A DNA stretch of 64,000 bases from an uncultured delta proteobacterium (GCA_963822965.1 CAWGJT010000010.1:626420-690419), one strand, 5' to 3'; positions 18,566 to 28,134 are shown, counted from the first letter of the stretch. A program made the numbers and translations. Notes: generated by a model from the letters alone, not told the origin.

Positions 18566-19105
18566 ATGAGGCGCGTTCTCGGTTGGCTGGCCCCCGCGCT
18601 GCTGGTGGTCGTGGCGCTGCTCCAGATCCAGCTCACGACGCGGACGTCCCTCAGTCCCTGGAAGCTCGGCGGCTTCGGGATGTACTCCGGCGTGGACGCC
18701 ATCGGGGCGCGCTGGATTCGCAGCCAGGTGGTGACGCCGATGGGGACGTTGCCCGTCTCCTTCGGCCGCCTGCAGGCCGACGTGCCCGGGCTCGAGACGT
18801 TCTCGCGCAACGTGCGTTCCTGGCCCGACCCGGCCTCCCTGGGCGCGCTCGGGCAGGCGCTCCTCGCGGGCGACCGGGTGTGGGCGGACTGCACGCCCGC
18901 CTCCCTGCAGAAGACGGCCGGCGAGGGCACCCGCATCTCCGGCCACTTCGTGCGTCTGCTCTCCGTGCGCGAGCTGCGACAGCAGGGGTGTCGCCGGCTG
19001 CCCGTGAAGGCGCTCCGGCTCGAGGTCTGGCGCTACCGCTACACGTCGTTCGATCGGCGCCTCGCGGGCGAGAAGCTCGCCGAGGTCGTGGTGACCGGCT
19101 CGTGA
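18566..19105 (+). CDS. Hypothetical membrane-anchored protein (179 aa)
   Basis: ORF 18566..19105 with GGAG RBS. A single N-terminal TM helix (LAPALLVVVALLQI), then a soluble domain with 3 Cys. No family recognised. Stop overlaps the next start (GTGA). Confidence 0.55.
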   Translation: MRRVLGWLAPALLVVVALLQIQLTTRTSLSPWKLGGFGMYSGVDAIGARWIRSQVVTPMGTLPVSFGRLQADVPGLETFSRNVRSWPDPASLGALGQALLAGDRVWADCTPASLQKTAGEGTRISGHFVRLLSVRELRQQGCRRLPVKALRLEVWRYRYTSFDRRLAGEKLAEVVVTGS

Positions 19106-20016
19106 CGGCCGCACTCTGGCGCCGCGTCGAGCCCCGGCTGCGCGCCGCGGGAAGCCCCCTCGATCTCGCCGCCCTGCTCACGTTCGTGATGTTCCTCTAC
19201 TACGCGAACGATCCGGACTTCCCGTTCATGGCCTTCGGCCCGTTGTCGGCGGCCGCGCTGGTGGCGGGCCTCGTCTGGCCGGGGCTGCGCCGCTCGCGAC
19301 TCCTGTGGCTGTATCTGGCCGTGGTCGTCGTGTGGGCCCGGATCCCGCTGCTGCTGGTGATGGACAACCACCACTTCCTGATCGCCTACTGGTGCATCGC
19401 GATGGCGGCGTGCCTGCTCGCCGAGCCCCGGCGTCCCGACGCGCTGGTGGCCCGCAACGCGCGCCTGCTGGTGGGGCTCGCCATGGCCTTCGCGGTGTTC
19501 GCGAAGCTGCGCTCGGGCGAGTTCGCGGACGGCTCGTTCTTCGAGTTCCTGCTGCTGGCGGGCGACCGCTTCGCGGCTTTCTCGGAGCTGGTGCTGCGGG
19601 TGCCGGCGGCGGACCTCGTCGCGAATCGCCAGGCCGTGGCGAGCCTGCTCACGCCGAGCGTCTCGGCGGACTGGGTGAGCGAGGTGGCGCTGCGCGGTCC
19701 GGAGCGCGTGCACGTCGTGGCGCTCGGCCTCGCCCTCTGGACCCTGGCCATCGAGAGCGTGGCCGCGGTGGCCTTCCTGTGGCCGGGGCGCGGCGCCCGG
19801 GTGCGCGCCGTGCGCCACGGCGCGCTCCTCACGTTTGCGGTCACCACCTACTCCATTGCGACCGTCGGTGCCTTCGCGTGGATCCTGCTCATCCTCGGGG
19901 TGGCCCAGTGCGAGGAGGACGAGCGGCTGGCCCGCTTCGGGTACAGCGCCGCGTTCCTGCTGGTGCTGGTCTACACGCTGCCCTGGGGCGACGCCCTGCG
20001 GGCGCTGGGGCTCTGA
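19102..20016 (+). CDS. Hypothetical polytopic membrane protein (about 304 aa, about 8-9 TM)
   Basis: GTG 19102 overlaps the previous stop, inside ORF 18583..20016. Successive hydrophobic helices. The upstream part of the ORF is shadow of the previous gene. Confidence 0.6.
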   Translation: MTAALWRRVEPRLRAAGSPLDLAALLTFVMFLYYANDPDFPFMAFGPLSAAALVAGLVWPGLRRSRLLWLYLAVVVVWARIPLLLVMDNHHFLIAYWCIAMAACLLAEPRRPDALVARNARLLVGLAMAFAVFAKLRSGEFADGSFFEFLLLAGDRFAAFSELVLRVPAADLVANRQAVASLLTPSVSADWVSEVALRGPERVHVVALGLALWTLAIESVAAVAFLWPGRGARVRAVRHGALLTFAVTTYSIATVGAFAWILLILGVAQCEEDERLARFGYSAAFLLVLVYTLPWGDALRALGL

Positions 20017-20026
20017 AGCCGGCGCC

Positions 20027-20761
20027 TCAGCGTCGCAGCTCGGCGCTGCGCTCCTGCTCGTTCTTCATGGCTTCGGCCATGCTCGCGCCGGCGCCGTACC
20101 AGAGGGCGCGCTTCGCGGCGGCCAGCACCTCCGGCTTGCAGGCGACCATCTGGAGGGCCATCTCCCGGGCCGCGGGAACCACCTGCTCCACGGGCACGAC
20201 CTGGTTGACGAGGCCGATGGCGAGGGCCTCCTCGGCGCGGATCACCTTCGCGGTGAGCACCAGCTCCAGCGCCTTCGCCATGCCGACCAGGCGCGGCAGC
20301 AGGTGGGTGCTGCCGAGACCGGGCAGGATGCCGAGCTTCGCGAACGTCAGGCCGAGCTTGGCGCCCGCCGCCGCGATGCGGACGTCGCAGGGCAGGGCCA
20401 TGGTCATGCCCACGCCGATGGCGGCACCGTTCATCGCGACGATCACCGGCTTGGGGAAGTCGATGAGCTCGAGGGGAAGCTTCTTGAGAAAGGCCTCCTC
20501 GCCGAGCTTCGGGCCCTTCGAGGCGTTGCCGCCGCTCTGGTGCGCCTTCAGGTGCTCGAGATCCACCCCGGCGCAGAATCCTCGGCCGGCGCCGGTCAGG
20601 ATCACGACCCGCACCGCGATCTCCTCGCGCGCGCGGGAGAACGCCTCGTACACCTCCTCGCCCATCTCCGTCGTGTAGGCGTTGAGCTTGTCGGGGCGGT
20701 TCAGGGTGATCGTCGCGATCCCCTCGGAGACGTCGTACAGGATGTTCTGGTGGTCGGACAT
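20027..20761 (-). CDS. Enoyl-CoA hydratase/isomerase (crotonase)
   Basis: ORF 20027..20761. ITLNRPDKLNA and LTGAGRGFCAGVDL oxyanion-hole motifs. Confidence 0.9.
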   Translation of the reverse strand: MSDHQNILYDVSEGIATITLNRPDKLNAYTTEMGEEVYEAFSRAREEIAVRVVILTGAGRGFCAGVDLEHLKAHQSGGNASKGPKLGEEAFLKKLPLELIDFPKPVIVAMNGAAIGVGMTMALPCDVRIAAAGAKLGLTFAKLGILPGLGSTHLLPRLVGMAKALELVLTAKVIRAEEALAIGLVNQVVPVEQVVPAAREMALQMVACKPEVLAAAKRALWYGAGASMAEAMKNEQERSAELRR

Positions 20762-20803
20762 GCTCGCGTCCTCTTCGGGGCCGCCCGCGGCCGCCCCCTG
20801 CGC

Positions 20804-21961
20804 TCAGGCGTTGCCCAGGATCGCGATGCCGCAGGCGGTGGGATGACCGCCGATGTTGTGACTCAGCGCCAGCTTGGGGTTCGACACCTGGCGGGGACCG
20901 GCGCGTCCCTGCAGCTGCAGCGTGTTCTCGTAGATCATGCGCACGCCGGTGGCGCCCGTGGGATGGCCGAAGGTCTTGAGCCCGCCGTCGGTGTTCACGG
21001 GCAGCTCGCCCCCGAGCTCGAAGGTGCCGGCCGCGATGTGCTCCTTCGCCGAGCCCTTCTCGCAGAAGCCCAGGTCTTCGTAGGTGAGGAGCTCCGTGAG
21101 CGAGAAGCAGTCGTGCACCTGGGCCACGCCGATCTCCGCACGCGGGTCGCGGATGCCGGCCTGGGCGTAGGCGTCCTTGGCCGCCCAGCCCGTGGGCTTC
21201 CACGACAGGAAGTCGTTGCCCGGGTCCTTCTGGGGATTGGGGCCCGCCTGCACGGTGATCGCCTTCACGAGCACCGGGTCGGCGCGGTACGAGCGGGCCA
21301 GGTCGGTGCGGGTGATGATGGCCGCCGCGGCCCCGTCGGTCTGGGCCGCGCAGTCGTAGAGCCCGAAGGGCCAGGAGATCATGCGCGCGTTGAGGACCTC
21401 CTCGACGGTGATCTCGCGCTTCAGGAAGCTCTTGGGGGCCAGGGTGCCGTTGTGGTGGTTCTTCACGGCGATGCGGGCCAGGTCCTCCCGGCCGGCGCCG
21501 TACTTCGCGAAGTAGGTCGAGGCGCACAGCGAGAACCAGCCGGCGGGGGTCTTGGGCAGATCGCGCACGCCGTCCATCATGACCGACGGGCCCGACACGC
21601 CCCGGTCCTTGGGCTTGTCGTATCCCACCACCAGCACGGTGTCGTACATGCCGGCGGCGATCGACATCACGCCGCAGCGGAAGGCGTCGGTGCCCGTCGC
21701 GCAGTAGTTCTGGACCATGGTGACCGGCTTCCAGAGCTTCAGGGCGTCGCTGCACTCATGCGGCCCCTTCTGGGTGTAGAGCGCGCCGGTGAAGACCGCG
21801 TCGATCCGTTCCTGGGGCTTGTCGATGCCCGCGTCCGCGTACGCCTCGTAGGCTGCGTCGACGATCATGTCGGAGGGCGACTGGTCCCAGTTCTCGCCGA
21901 ACTTGCAGCAGCCCACGCCGACGATCGCCACCTTGTCTCGAATGCCTGCCGGGTTCGCCAT
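20804..21961 (-). CDS. Thiolase, SCP-x / archaeal-type (lipid-transfer-protein-like)
   Basis: ORF 20804..21961. Nucleophile Cys context NYCATGTDAF, and GHPTGATG. The start lies 3 nt after the HMGCS-like/DUF35 stop. Confidence 0.9.
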   Translation of the reverse strand: MANPAGIRDKVAIVGVGCCKFGENWDQSPSDMIVDAAYEAYADAGIDKPQERIDAVFTGALYTQKGPHECSDALKLWKPVTMVQNYCATGTDAFRCGVMSIAAGMYDTVLVVGYDKPKDRGVSGPSVMMDGVRDLPKTPAGWFSLCASTYFAKYGAGREDLARIAVKNHHNGTLAPKSFLKREITVEEVLNARMISWPFGLYDCAAQTDGAAAAIITRTDLARSYRADPVLVKAITVQAGPNPQKDPGNDFLSWKPTGWAAKDAYAQAGIRDPRAEIGVAQVHDCFSLTELLTYEDLGFCEKGSAKEHIAAGTFELGGELPVNTDGGLKTFGHPTGATGVRMIYENTLQLQGRAGPRQVSNPKLALSHNIGGHPTACGIAILGNA

Positions 21962-21964
21962 GGC

Positions 21965-23407
21965 TCAGTCCTCCGACCGGGCGGCGGCGGACGGTGCGTC
22001 CTCCGGGACCGGGCTGCCCTTCCAGTAGTAGTTGGGACGACCGCCGCCCATGTGGATGCGCCGGAACACGAACTCCACGGGCAGGCCGATGCGGACGTCC
22101 TCGGGCTTGCAGTCGACGATCTGCAGATGGATGCGGGCGCCGTCGACGTCCGTCACGGTCACCACCGTGGGCGGGTCGGGGGTCGGAAAGAAGAAGTCGA
22201 AGGTGTAGGTGACGATGCGCCCGACGCGATCCGAGAGGCGCACGCTCTCGAAGTCGTCCGGGGCGAAGCAGGTCTCGCAGACGCGCTGGGCGGGGAACTG
22301 GATCGCCCGGCACTGGCGGCACTGCTGGCCGCGGAGGGACAGGTCGTCGTCGCGCTCGCGGAAGTGGACGGTGGCCGAAAGGCCGGGGTCGCCGCCGGGC
22401 TGCCATTCGCGGGTCTGCAGGCTGCGGGCCTTGAGGTAGCGGTCGTAGCTCGCGGCCGGCCGGCGCCTCGCCAGGTGCCAGCTCACCCCGCGCCGGGGCT
22501 CGAGCTTCTCGAGCTGGTCGGTCACCCGGAAGGCGAGGGCCTCGGCGCCGTCGCCGTAGCTCGCCACCAGCAGGCGGTCGCCCGGGCTCGCGTCCTCGAG
22601 GGCGGCCGCGAGGAGCATCGGCGCGAAGGCCGTCCCGGTGTTTCCCATGCGACCGAAGTACGGGTCCTGGAGCTGCTCCGCCGCGGCGTGCAGCTGGCGC
22701 GCGGCCGTGGCGTGGCTGCGCGCGTCCGGGGCGTAGAGCGCCAGCTTCGCGAAGTCGCCCAAACCGCCGCCGCTGCGCTCGAGCAGGCCCTGCACGGCTT
22801 CCGTGATGCGCGGTGTGTAGCCCTCCTGGACGACGAAGCGGTCCTCCCAGGAATGCACGAAGGGATCGCCCTCGCTGCGCCAGACGTCGACGATCTCGTC
22901 CGCCACGGCGTGGAATCCCTCGAGGGTGGCCACCGCGTCGCCCTCCGCGACGAGGAAGGCGGCGGCGCCGTCGCCGAGGTTCCCCTCCAGTGCCGAGCCG
23001 GGGGCGGCGAGCCGTGCGTCGCTCGCGATCACCAGCACGTTGCGCGCCGATCCTGCGGTCACCGTGTCGAAGGCGGCTCGCAGCGCCGTGGTGCCGGCTC
23101 GGAGCGAGCCCGCGTAGTCGGCGGTCCGGACGTCGCGACGCAGGTCGAGGGCGCGAGCCACCAGGGCGGCGGCCTGCTTCTCCTGGAACGCATAGGTCGT
23201 CGAGGCGAAGTACACCGCGTCGACGGCCGCGCGATCCAGCCCGGCGAGGCAGTGGACCCCGGCGCTCACCGCCATGGTGACGGCGTCCTCGTCGTTCCAG
23301 GCCACCGCCTTCTCGGGTCCGCCCTCCCGAGCCGGTCGCCCGCCGATCAGGGCCAGGGGCAGGCGCGTGCGCGGGACGTAGGCGCCGTAGGACGTGATGC
23401 CGATCAT
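21965..23407 (-). CDS. HMG-CoA-synthase-like domain fused to DUF35 (Zn-ribbon plus OB-fold) domain
   Basis: ATG 23407 inside the 1121-aa ORF 21965..25330. N-terminal MIGITSYGAYVPR.. (COG3425-like). C-terminal CRQCRAIQFPAQRVCETC zinc ribbon followed by OB-fold-like sequence. Confidence 0.85.
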   Translation of the reverse strand: MIGITSYGAYVPRTRLPLALIGGRPAREGGPEKAVAWNDEDAVTMAVSAGVHCLAGLDRAAVDAVYFASTTYAFQEKQAAALVARALDLRRDVRTADYAGSLRAGTTALRAAFDTVTAGSARNVLVIASDARLAAPGSALEGNLGDGAAAFLVAEGDAVATLEGFHAVADEIVDVWRSEGDPFVHSWEDRFVVQEGYTPRITEAVQGLLERSGGGLGDFAKLALYAPDARSHATAARQLHAAAEQLQDPYFGRMGNTGTAFAPMLLAAALEDASPGDRLLVASYGDGAEALAFRVTDQLEKLEPRRGVSWHLARRRPAASYDRYLKARSLQTREWQPGGDPGLSATVHFRERDDDLSLRGQQCRQCRAIQFPAQRVCETCFAPDDFESVRLSDRVGRIVTYTFDFFFPTPDPPTVVTVTDVDGARIHLQIVDCKPEDVRIGLPVEFVFRRIHMGGGRPNYYWKGSPVPEDAPSAAARSED

Positions 23408-23439
23408 GGGTGCCTCGTGGGCTGCTCGCCGTGGACTGC

Positions 23440-24330
23440 CTACTTCGTCGGGGGCTTCACGCCGTCGTAGAACGGGTACGGGTTCTTCATGAGCCCGATG
23501 GGCTCGAGGTGCTGCTTGAGGTGGCCCTCGAAGGACTTGATCAGGTCCTGCACTCCCCAGCCCCCGTCCTTGTACATGGCGGTGCCGTACCTGGGCTGCT
23601 CGAGAATGGTGACCCGTTCGCCGCCGGTGCCGAAGATCTGGCCGCTGACCCAGTTGGCGGCGTCGCTGCACAGGAAGGCCACGAACGCGCCGTTGCGGGT
23701 GGGATCGATGAACGGAAGCTCGACGTCCTTGCCGTCGGGTCCCTTGTAGGTGGCCGACATGCGGGTGGTGCCGCTCGGGCTGATGGCGTTCACGCGGATG
23801 CCGTAGCGGGCGAGTTCGAGCGCCCAGGTGTAGGTCATCGACGCGATGGCGCCCTTCGAGCCGGCGTAGTTCGTCTGTCCGAAGTTGCCGAAGTGCGCGG
23901 CGCTCACGGTGTTCACGATGGAGCCGCCGCTGTTCTGCTCCTTCATGCGCAGGGCGCCCTCCTGGCTGCACAGGAAGGTGCCTCGCATGTGGACCGCGAC
24001 GACCGAGTCGAACTCCTCGTCGCTCATCTTGAGGAAGGAGCGGTCGCGGACGTTGCCGGCGTTGTTGACCACCGCGTGGATGCCGCCGAAGGCGTCGACG
24101 CACTGGCCGACGAGCGCCCGGGCGCCTTCGCGCACGCTGATGTCGTCGGTGTTGACGAGGGCCTTGCCGCCCTGGGCCGAGATCTCGTCGACGACCTTCT
24201 GGGCTTCGTTTCCGTCGATGTCGTTGACGACCACCGACGCGCCGTTCTCCGCCAGGTGCAGGCAGTGGCCGCGTCCGATACCGCGCGCACCGCCCGTCAC
24301 CACCGCGGCCTTGCCGTCGAGGATTCCCAT
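23440..24330 (-). CDS. Short-chain dehydrogenase/reductase (MFE-2/Hsd4-like 3-hydroxyacyl-CoA dehydrogenase type)
   Basis: ORF 23440..24330 with AGGAG RBS. TGGARGIG, NNAG, and YAGSK (the YxxxK catalytic motif). Confidence 0.9.
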   Translation of the reverse strand: MGILDGKAAVVTGGARGIGRGHCLHLAENGASVVVNDIDGNEAQKVVDEISAQGGKALVNTDDISVREGARALVGQCVDAFGGIHAVVNNAGNVRDRSFLKMSDEEFDSVVAVHMRGTFLCSQEGALRMKEQNSGGSIVNTVSAAHFGNFGQTNYAGSKGAIASMTYTWALELARYGIRVNAISPSGTTRMSATYKGPDGKDVELPFIDPTRNGAFVAFLCSDAANWVSGQIFGTGGERVTILEQPRYGTAMYKDGGWGVQDLIKSFEGHLKQHLEPIGLMKNPYPFYDGVKPPTK

Positions 24331-24465
24331 GTAGCGACTCCTGTCGAATTACGAGACGTAGCGTATAGGAATATCCCGGGGGAGTCAAAGCGTTCCCGGC
24401 CGACCGGTTCCGCCGTTTCGTTCCGGATTCCGGGGGCTTGGCGAGGTGGTGTGGCCGAGGCGGGC

Positions 24466-25455
24466 CTACAGCGATGCGTGGGTCGCGCGCTCGACGCAGT
24501 CGGCCACGGTCTCGGCGTGATCCTCGCCGTTGCCGAAGAGCGACTCGAGCAGCCAGGCCCGCTTCAGGTAGTAGTGGGCCGGCACCTCCCAGGTGTATCC
24601 CATGCCGCCGTGCACCTGGATGCAGGCGCGCGCGTTCTTGAGCGCGGCCTCGCCGGCCGTGAGCTTGGCGACCGAGACGGCGCGGGGCACGTCGCCGACC
24701 GCCGGGTCGTCGAGGGTCGCGCCTGCCGCGTAGGCGGCCGCCCGCGCCACCTCCTGGCGCACGAACATGTCCGCGAGGATGTGCTTCACGGCCTGGAAGG
24801 CGCCGATCGGCTGGCCGAACTGCTCGCGTCCCTTCGCGTAGGCGTTGGCGAGCTCGAGGGTGGCTTCGGCGATGCCGAGCTGCTGGCCCGCCACGAGCGC
24901 GGCACCTTCGAGCCGCAGGCGCGCGGCGTCCGACGGCCCGCCCACCTGCTCGCCGTCGGGCAGCGAGCGCACCTCGTGCACCGGCGTCAGGGGGTCGAGG
25001 GGCGTCTTCACCGGACGACCCTCGACCCGGCGCGCGTCGATCACGAAGAGGCCCTCCGGTTGCACCGCCAGCAGCCGGTCGATGCCTTCGAGCTGCTCCA
25101 CCAGGATCGGCCCGCCGCCCCCGAGCTCGACTCCGCCGACGATGCACTCCCCCGACCCGGCGCCGGGAACCAGGCTCGCCGCCAGGTGGCTCCACACGGC
25201 GGGTCCGGGCACCAGGCGCCGCCCCAGCTCGCAGAAGACGAGCACGGCGTCGGCGGTTCCGAGCCCCACGCCGCCGTCCGCTTCGGGCAGCCGCAGGGCG
25301 AACACGCCCATCTCGGCGAGATCGCTCCACAGGGAGCGGTCGATGCCGCCGGCCTTCTCGAGCTCGGGCAGCTTCTCGGCGGGCACGCGGCCCTCGCAGA
25401 AGCTGCGCAGGCCCTCGCGCAGGGCCTTCTGGTCTTCGCTGAGCTGGAAGTCCAC
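24466..25455 (-). CDS. Acyl-CoA dehydrogenase family protein (shorter, beta-like subunit)
   Basis: GTG 25455 inside ORF 24466..26292. C-terminal ACAD helices (..GAFQAVKH.., ..IQVHGGMGYTWE..). Lies 14 nt downstream of the other ACAD gene. Confidence 0.85.
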   Translation of the reverse strand: MDFQLSEDQKALREGLRSFCEGRVPAEKLPELEKAGGIDRSLWSDLAEMGVFALRLPEADGGVGLGTADAVLVFCELGRRLVPGPAVWSHLAASLVPGAGSGECIVGGVELGGGGPILVEQLEGIDRLLAVQPEGLFVIDARRVEGRPVKTPLDPLTPVHEVRSLPDGEQVGGPSDAARLRLEGAALVAGQQLGIAEATLELANAYAKGREQFGQPIGAFQAVKHILADMFVRQEVARAAAYAAGATLDDPAVGDVPRAVSVAKLTAGEAALKNARACIQVHGGMGYTWEVPAHYYLKRAWLLESLFGNGEDHAETVADCVERATHASL

Positions 25456-25469
25456 GGGAGGGTCCCCTT

Positions 25470-26666
25470 CTATCGCGGCCGCGGATCGCGGGGCAGGCCG
25501 AGGATCCGCTCGGAGATGATGTTGCGCTGGATCTGCGAGGTGCCGGCGGCGATCGTGAGGGAGAGCGACTGCAGTACCCGTCCCAGGATCTCGCCCGACG
25601 GCAGCGAGGCCACGTCCTCGCGGGCGAGTCCCGCGCGCCCGAGCAGGCGCATCGAGAGCTCGCAGATCCGCTGGTAGAGCTCGGTGTAGAAGAGCTTGAT
25701 CGCCGAGCCGCCGAGACCCGGCACCCCCGTTTCGGCGGACTCGCACACCGACAGCTTGACCATCGCCCAGAGGGCGTCGAGCTCCGCCGAGAGGTGCCCG
25801 ATCTCGCGGCGCAGGGCGGCGTCCTCCCAGGCGCTGGCGTCGTGGCGCGTGACCCGCTTGGCGACGTCGACGAGCGTGGCCACGAAGCGCTGCAGGGAGA
25901 TCATGTCGCTCGCGAAGGCGGTGCCGCGCTCGAAGCGCAGGGTGACGTTGGTCACCCGCCAGCCGTCGTTCTCGAGGCCCACCCGGTTCGCCACGGGGAT
26001 GCGGACGTTCTCGAGGAATACCTCGCTGAACTCCCCCTCGCCGGCGAGGGTCGGCAGCGGGCGGATCTCGATGCCCGCCGCGTCCATGGGCATGATCAGC
26101 CACGTGATGCCGCGATGCTTGGGGGCGTCGGGATCGGTTCGCACGAGCAGCTCGCAGTAGTCGGCGGCCTGGGCGAAGGAGCACCAGATCTTGTGGCCGT
26201 TCACCACGTAGTCGTCGCCGTCGCGCACGGCCCGGGTGGACAATGCCGCCAGGTCCGAGCCGGCGCCGGGCTCGGAGAATCCCTGGCACCACACCTGGGA
26301 GCCGTCCAGGATGTGCGGCACGTGGCGCGCCTTCTGCTCGGGGGTGCCCTCCGCGATCACCGTGGGGCCGCCGTGCAGCAGCCCCACGAAGTTGACACCC
26401 ACGTAGGGGGCCTGGGCTCGGGCGGTCTCTTCGTAGTAGACGAGCTGCTCGGTGAGCGACGCGTCCCGTCCGCCGTACTCCTTCGGCCAGTTGATGCCCG
26501 CATAGCCCGCGTCGAAGAGCTTCTTCTGCCAGCCTGTGTCGTAGGCGCGTCGGGCCGGCCAGTCGTGGATCGGCGGCGGGCTGCCGTGGGCGGGCACGGC
26601 GTCGTTCAGCCAGGCGCGGAGCTCCGCGCGAAACTTCTCGTCGGATTCGGAGTAGCGCAGGTCCAC
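25470..26666 (-). CDS. Acyl-CoA dehydrogenase family protein (alpha-like subunit)
   Basis: GTG 26666 with GGGAG RBS, inside ORF 25470..26819. WCQGFSEPGAGSDLA and GHKIWCS motifs. Confidence 0.9.
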   Translation of the reverse strand: MDLRYSESDEKFRAELRAWLNDAVPAHGSPPPIHDWPARRAYDTGWQKKLFDAGYAGINWPKEYGGRDASLTEQLVYYEETARAQAPYVGVNFVGLLHGGPTVIAEGTPEQKARHVPHILDGSQVWCQGFSEPGAGSDLAALSTRAVRDGDDYVVNGHKIWCSFAQAADYCELLVRTDPDAPKHRGITWLIMPMDAAGIEIRPLPTLAGEGEFSEVFLENVRIPVANRVGLENDGWRVTNVTLRFERGTAFASDMISLQRFVATLVDVAKRVTRHDASAWEDAALRREIGHLSAELDALWAMVKLSVCESAETGVPGLGGSAIKLFYTELYQRICELSMRLLGRAGLAREDVASLPSGEILGRVLQSLSLTIAAGTSQIQRNIISERILGLPRDPRPR

Positions 26667-26766
26667 GCAGGGCTCCCGGTCGAGGTGGGCTCGCGCCCGG
26701 GGCTGGCCCGGCGGCAGAGCCGCTGCATGATACGGAGCCCCTCTCGGGTCGCCAAGTGAGGCGCGT

Positions 26767-27606
26767 TCAGCGGTCCACGTACTTCGCGTAGTCGTCGAGC
26801 ACGGGCAGCACGCGATCACGCGGCGCGGACGGTAGCCGCAGCACGGTCTCGGTCACGCCCAGCTCCTGGTAGTAGGCGAGCTTTCCGGCGTCGGGGAACA
26901 CGCCCATGGGAACCACGTGCAGGTCCTCGAAGCGCCGTCCGCGCGCCTCGACCGCCCGGCGCAGCTCCTCGAGGGCGCTCTTGATGCCCCCGCCGCCGAT
27001 GGGCAGCCAGCCGTCGGCGTACTCCGCGATGTGGGCGAAGAGCTTGGGGCCCGCGGCGCCCCCGATCAGCACCCGGGGTCGGGGCTGCTGGACGGGCTTC
27101 GGCCACATCCAGCAGCGCTCGAAGTCGACGAAGGTGCCGTGGAACTCCGCCTCCTCCCGTGACCACAGCTCCTGCATGGCGAGCATCTTCTCCCGCACCA
27201 GCTCGCGCCGCCGGGGGAAGTCGATGCCGTGGTTCTCCATCTCCTCACGGTTCCAGCCGAAGCCGATGCCGAGCACGAGTCGTCCCTGGGACAGCAGGTC
27301 GAGGGTGGCGAGCTCCTTGGCGAACGTGATGGTGTCGTGCTGGGCGACGAGACCGATGCCGGTGCCGAGGCGGATGCGCGAGGTGACGGCCGCCGCCGCG
27401 GCCAGGGCCACGTAGGGATCCAGGGAGCGCAGGTACTCTTCGGCCAGCACCGCGTCGCCCGTGGGCGCGGGCGTGCGCCGGCTGGTGGGGATGTGGGTGT
27501 GCTCGGGGACGTAGAGCGAGTAGAAGCCCCGGGCCTCGGCCTCCCGGGCGAGCTCGACGGGCGACATGGCCTTGTCCGTGGCGTGGATCGTGACGCCGAT
27601 CTTCAT
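26767..27606 (-). CDS. LLM-class (luciferase-like) flavin/F420-dependent oxidoreductase
   Basis: ATG 27606 inside ORF 26767..27651. [32 protein letters not shown] pattern of the F420-dependent LLM subgroup. Confidence 0.85.
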   Translation of the reverse strand: MKIGVTIHATDKAMSPVELAREAEARGFYSLYVPEHTHIPTSRRTPAPTGDAVLAEEYLRSLDPYVALAAAAAVTSRIRLGTGIGLVAQHDTITFAKELATLDLLSQGRLVLGIGFGWNREEMENHGIDFPRRRELVREKMLAMQELWSREEAEFHGTFVDFERCWMWPKPVQQPRPRVLIGGAAGPKLFAHIAEYADGWLPIGGGGIKSALEELRRAVEARGRRFEDLHVVPMGVFPDAGKLAYYQELGVTETVLRLPSAPRDRVLPVLDDYAKYVDR

Positions 27607-27657
27607 GCCGCCGGTTGTATCACGTCGCGGCTTCGGCCGCCCCGCACGCACGGGGAG

Positions 27658-28134
27658 TCACGGGCCCCGCAGCCGGGCGGCGGTGCGTTCGGCCCAGCCG
27701 CCCGGAACCCGCGCGTCCACCGTCACCCGGCGGGCGGCGAAGAGCCAGCAGCCCTCCCGCCGGACGTAGCGGTCGACGTAGCGGCCCCAGTGATCGAGGC
27801 CCTGCTCGGTGAGCACCGCGTAGTAGCAGCGGCCCGTGGCCTCGTCGGGCGAGAGCAGGTCGATCTGGTGGGTGGCGGTGAAGTGTCGCAAGAGCCTGGG
27901 TGGGGCGGCGTCGGGACCGGCTCCCCCCGTCTCGGGATCCCGCCCGGCCGCCCCGGTGAAGAGCGCCCGGATCTCCTCCCGCCCGCGCCAGCTGCGCCCG
28001 GGGACGATCTCGACGACGGCGTCGTCGCAGAAGAGCGCCAGGGTCTCCTGGAAGCGCCCCGAATCGCCGCTCGCGTTGTAGCGCGCCACCAGGTCGCGAA
28101 TGCACTCGCGCGCGACGAGCTCAGCGATCTCCAT
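27658..28134 (-). CDS. SnoaL-like / NTF2-fold protein
   Basis: ORF 27658..28134 with [37 protein letters not shown] pattern. First gene of the minus-strand operon. Confidence 0.7.
   Translation of the reverse strand: MEIAELVARECIRDLVARYNASGDSGRFQETLALFCDDAVVEIVPGRSWRGREEIRALFTGAAGRDPETGGAGPDAAPPRLLRHFTATHQIDLLSPDEATGRCYYAVLTEQGLDHWGRYVDRYVRREGCWLFAARRVTVDARVPGGWAERTAARLRGP

Noticed and set aside
21965-25330. A single 1121-aa ORF that could be read as one giant protein.
   Set aside because: It spans three independently recognisable genes and shadow sequence. The HMGCS-like/DUF35 protein starts at ATG 23407 (MIGITSYGAYVPR). The SDR and ACAD genes upstream are in other frames and have their own RBSs.
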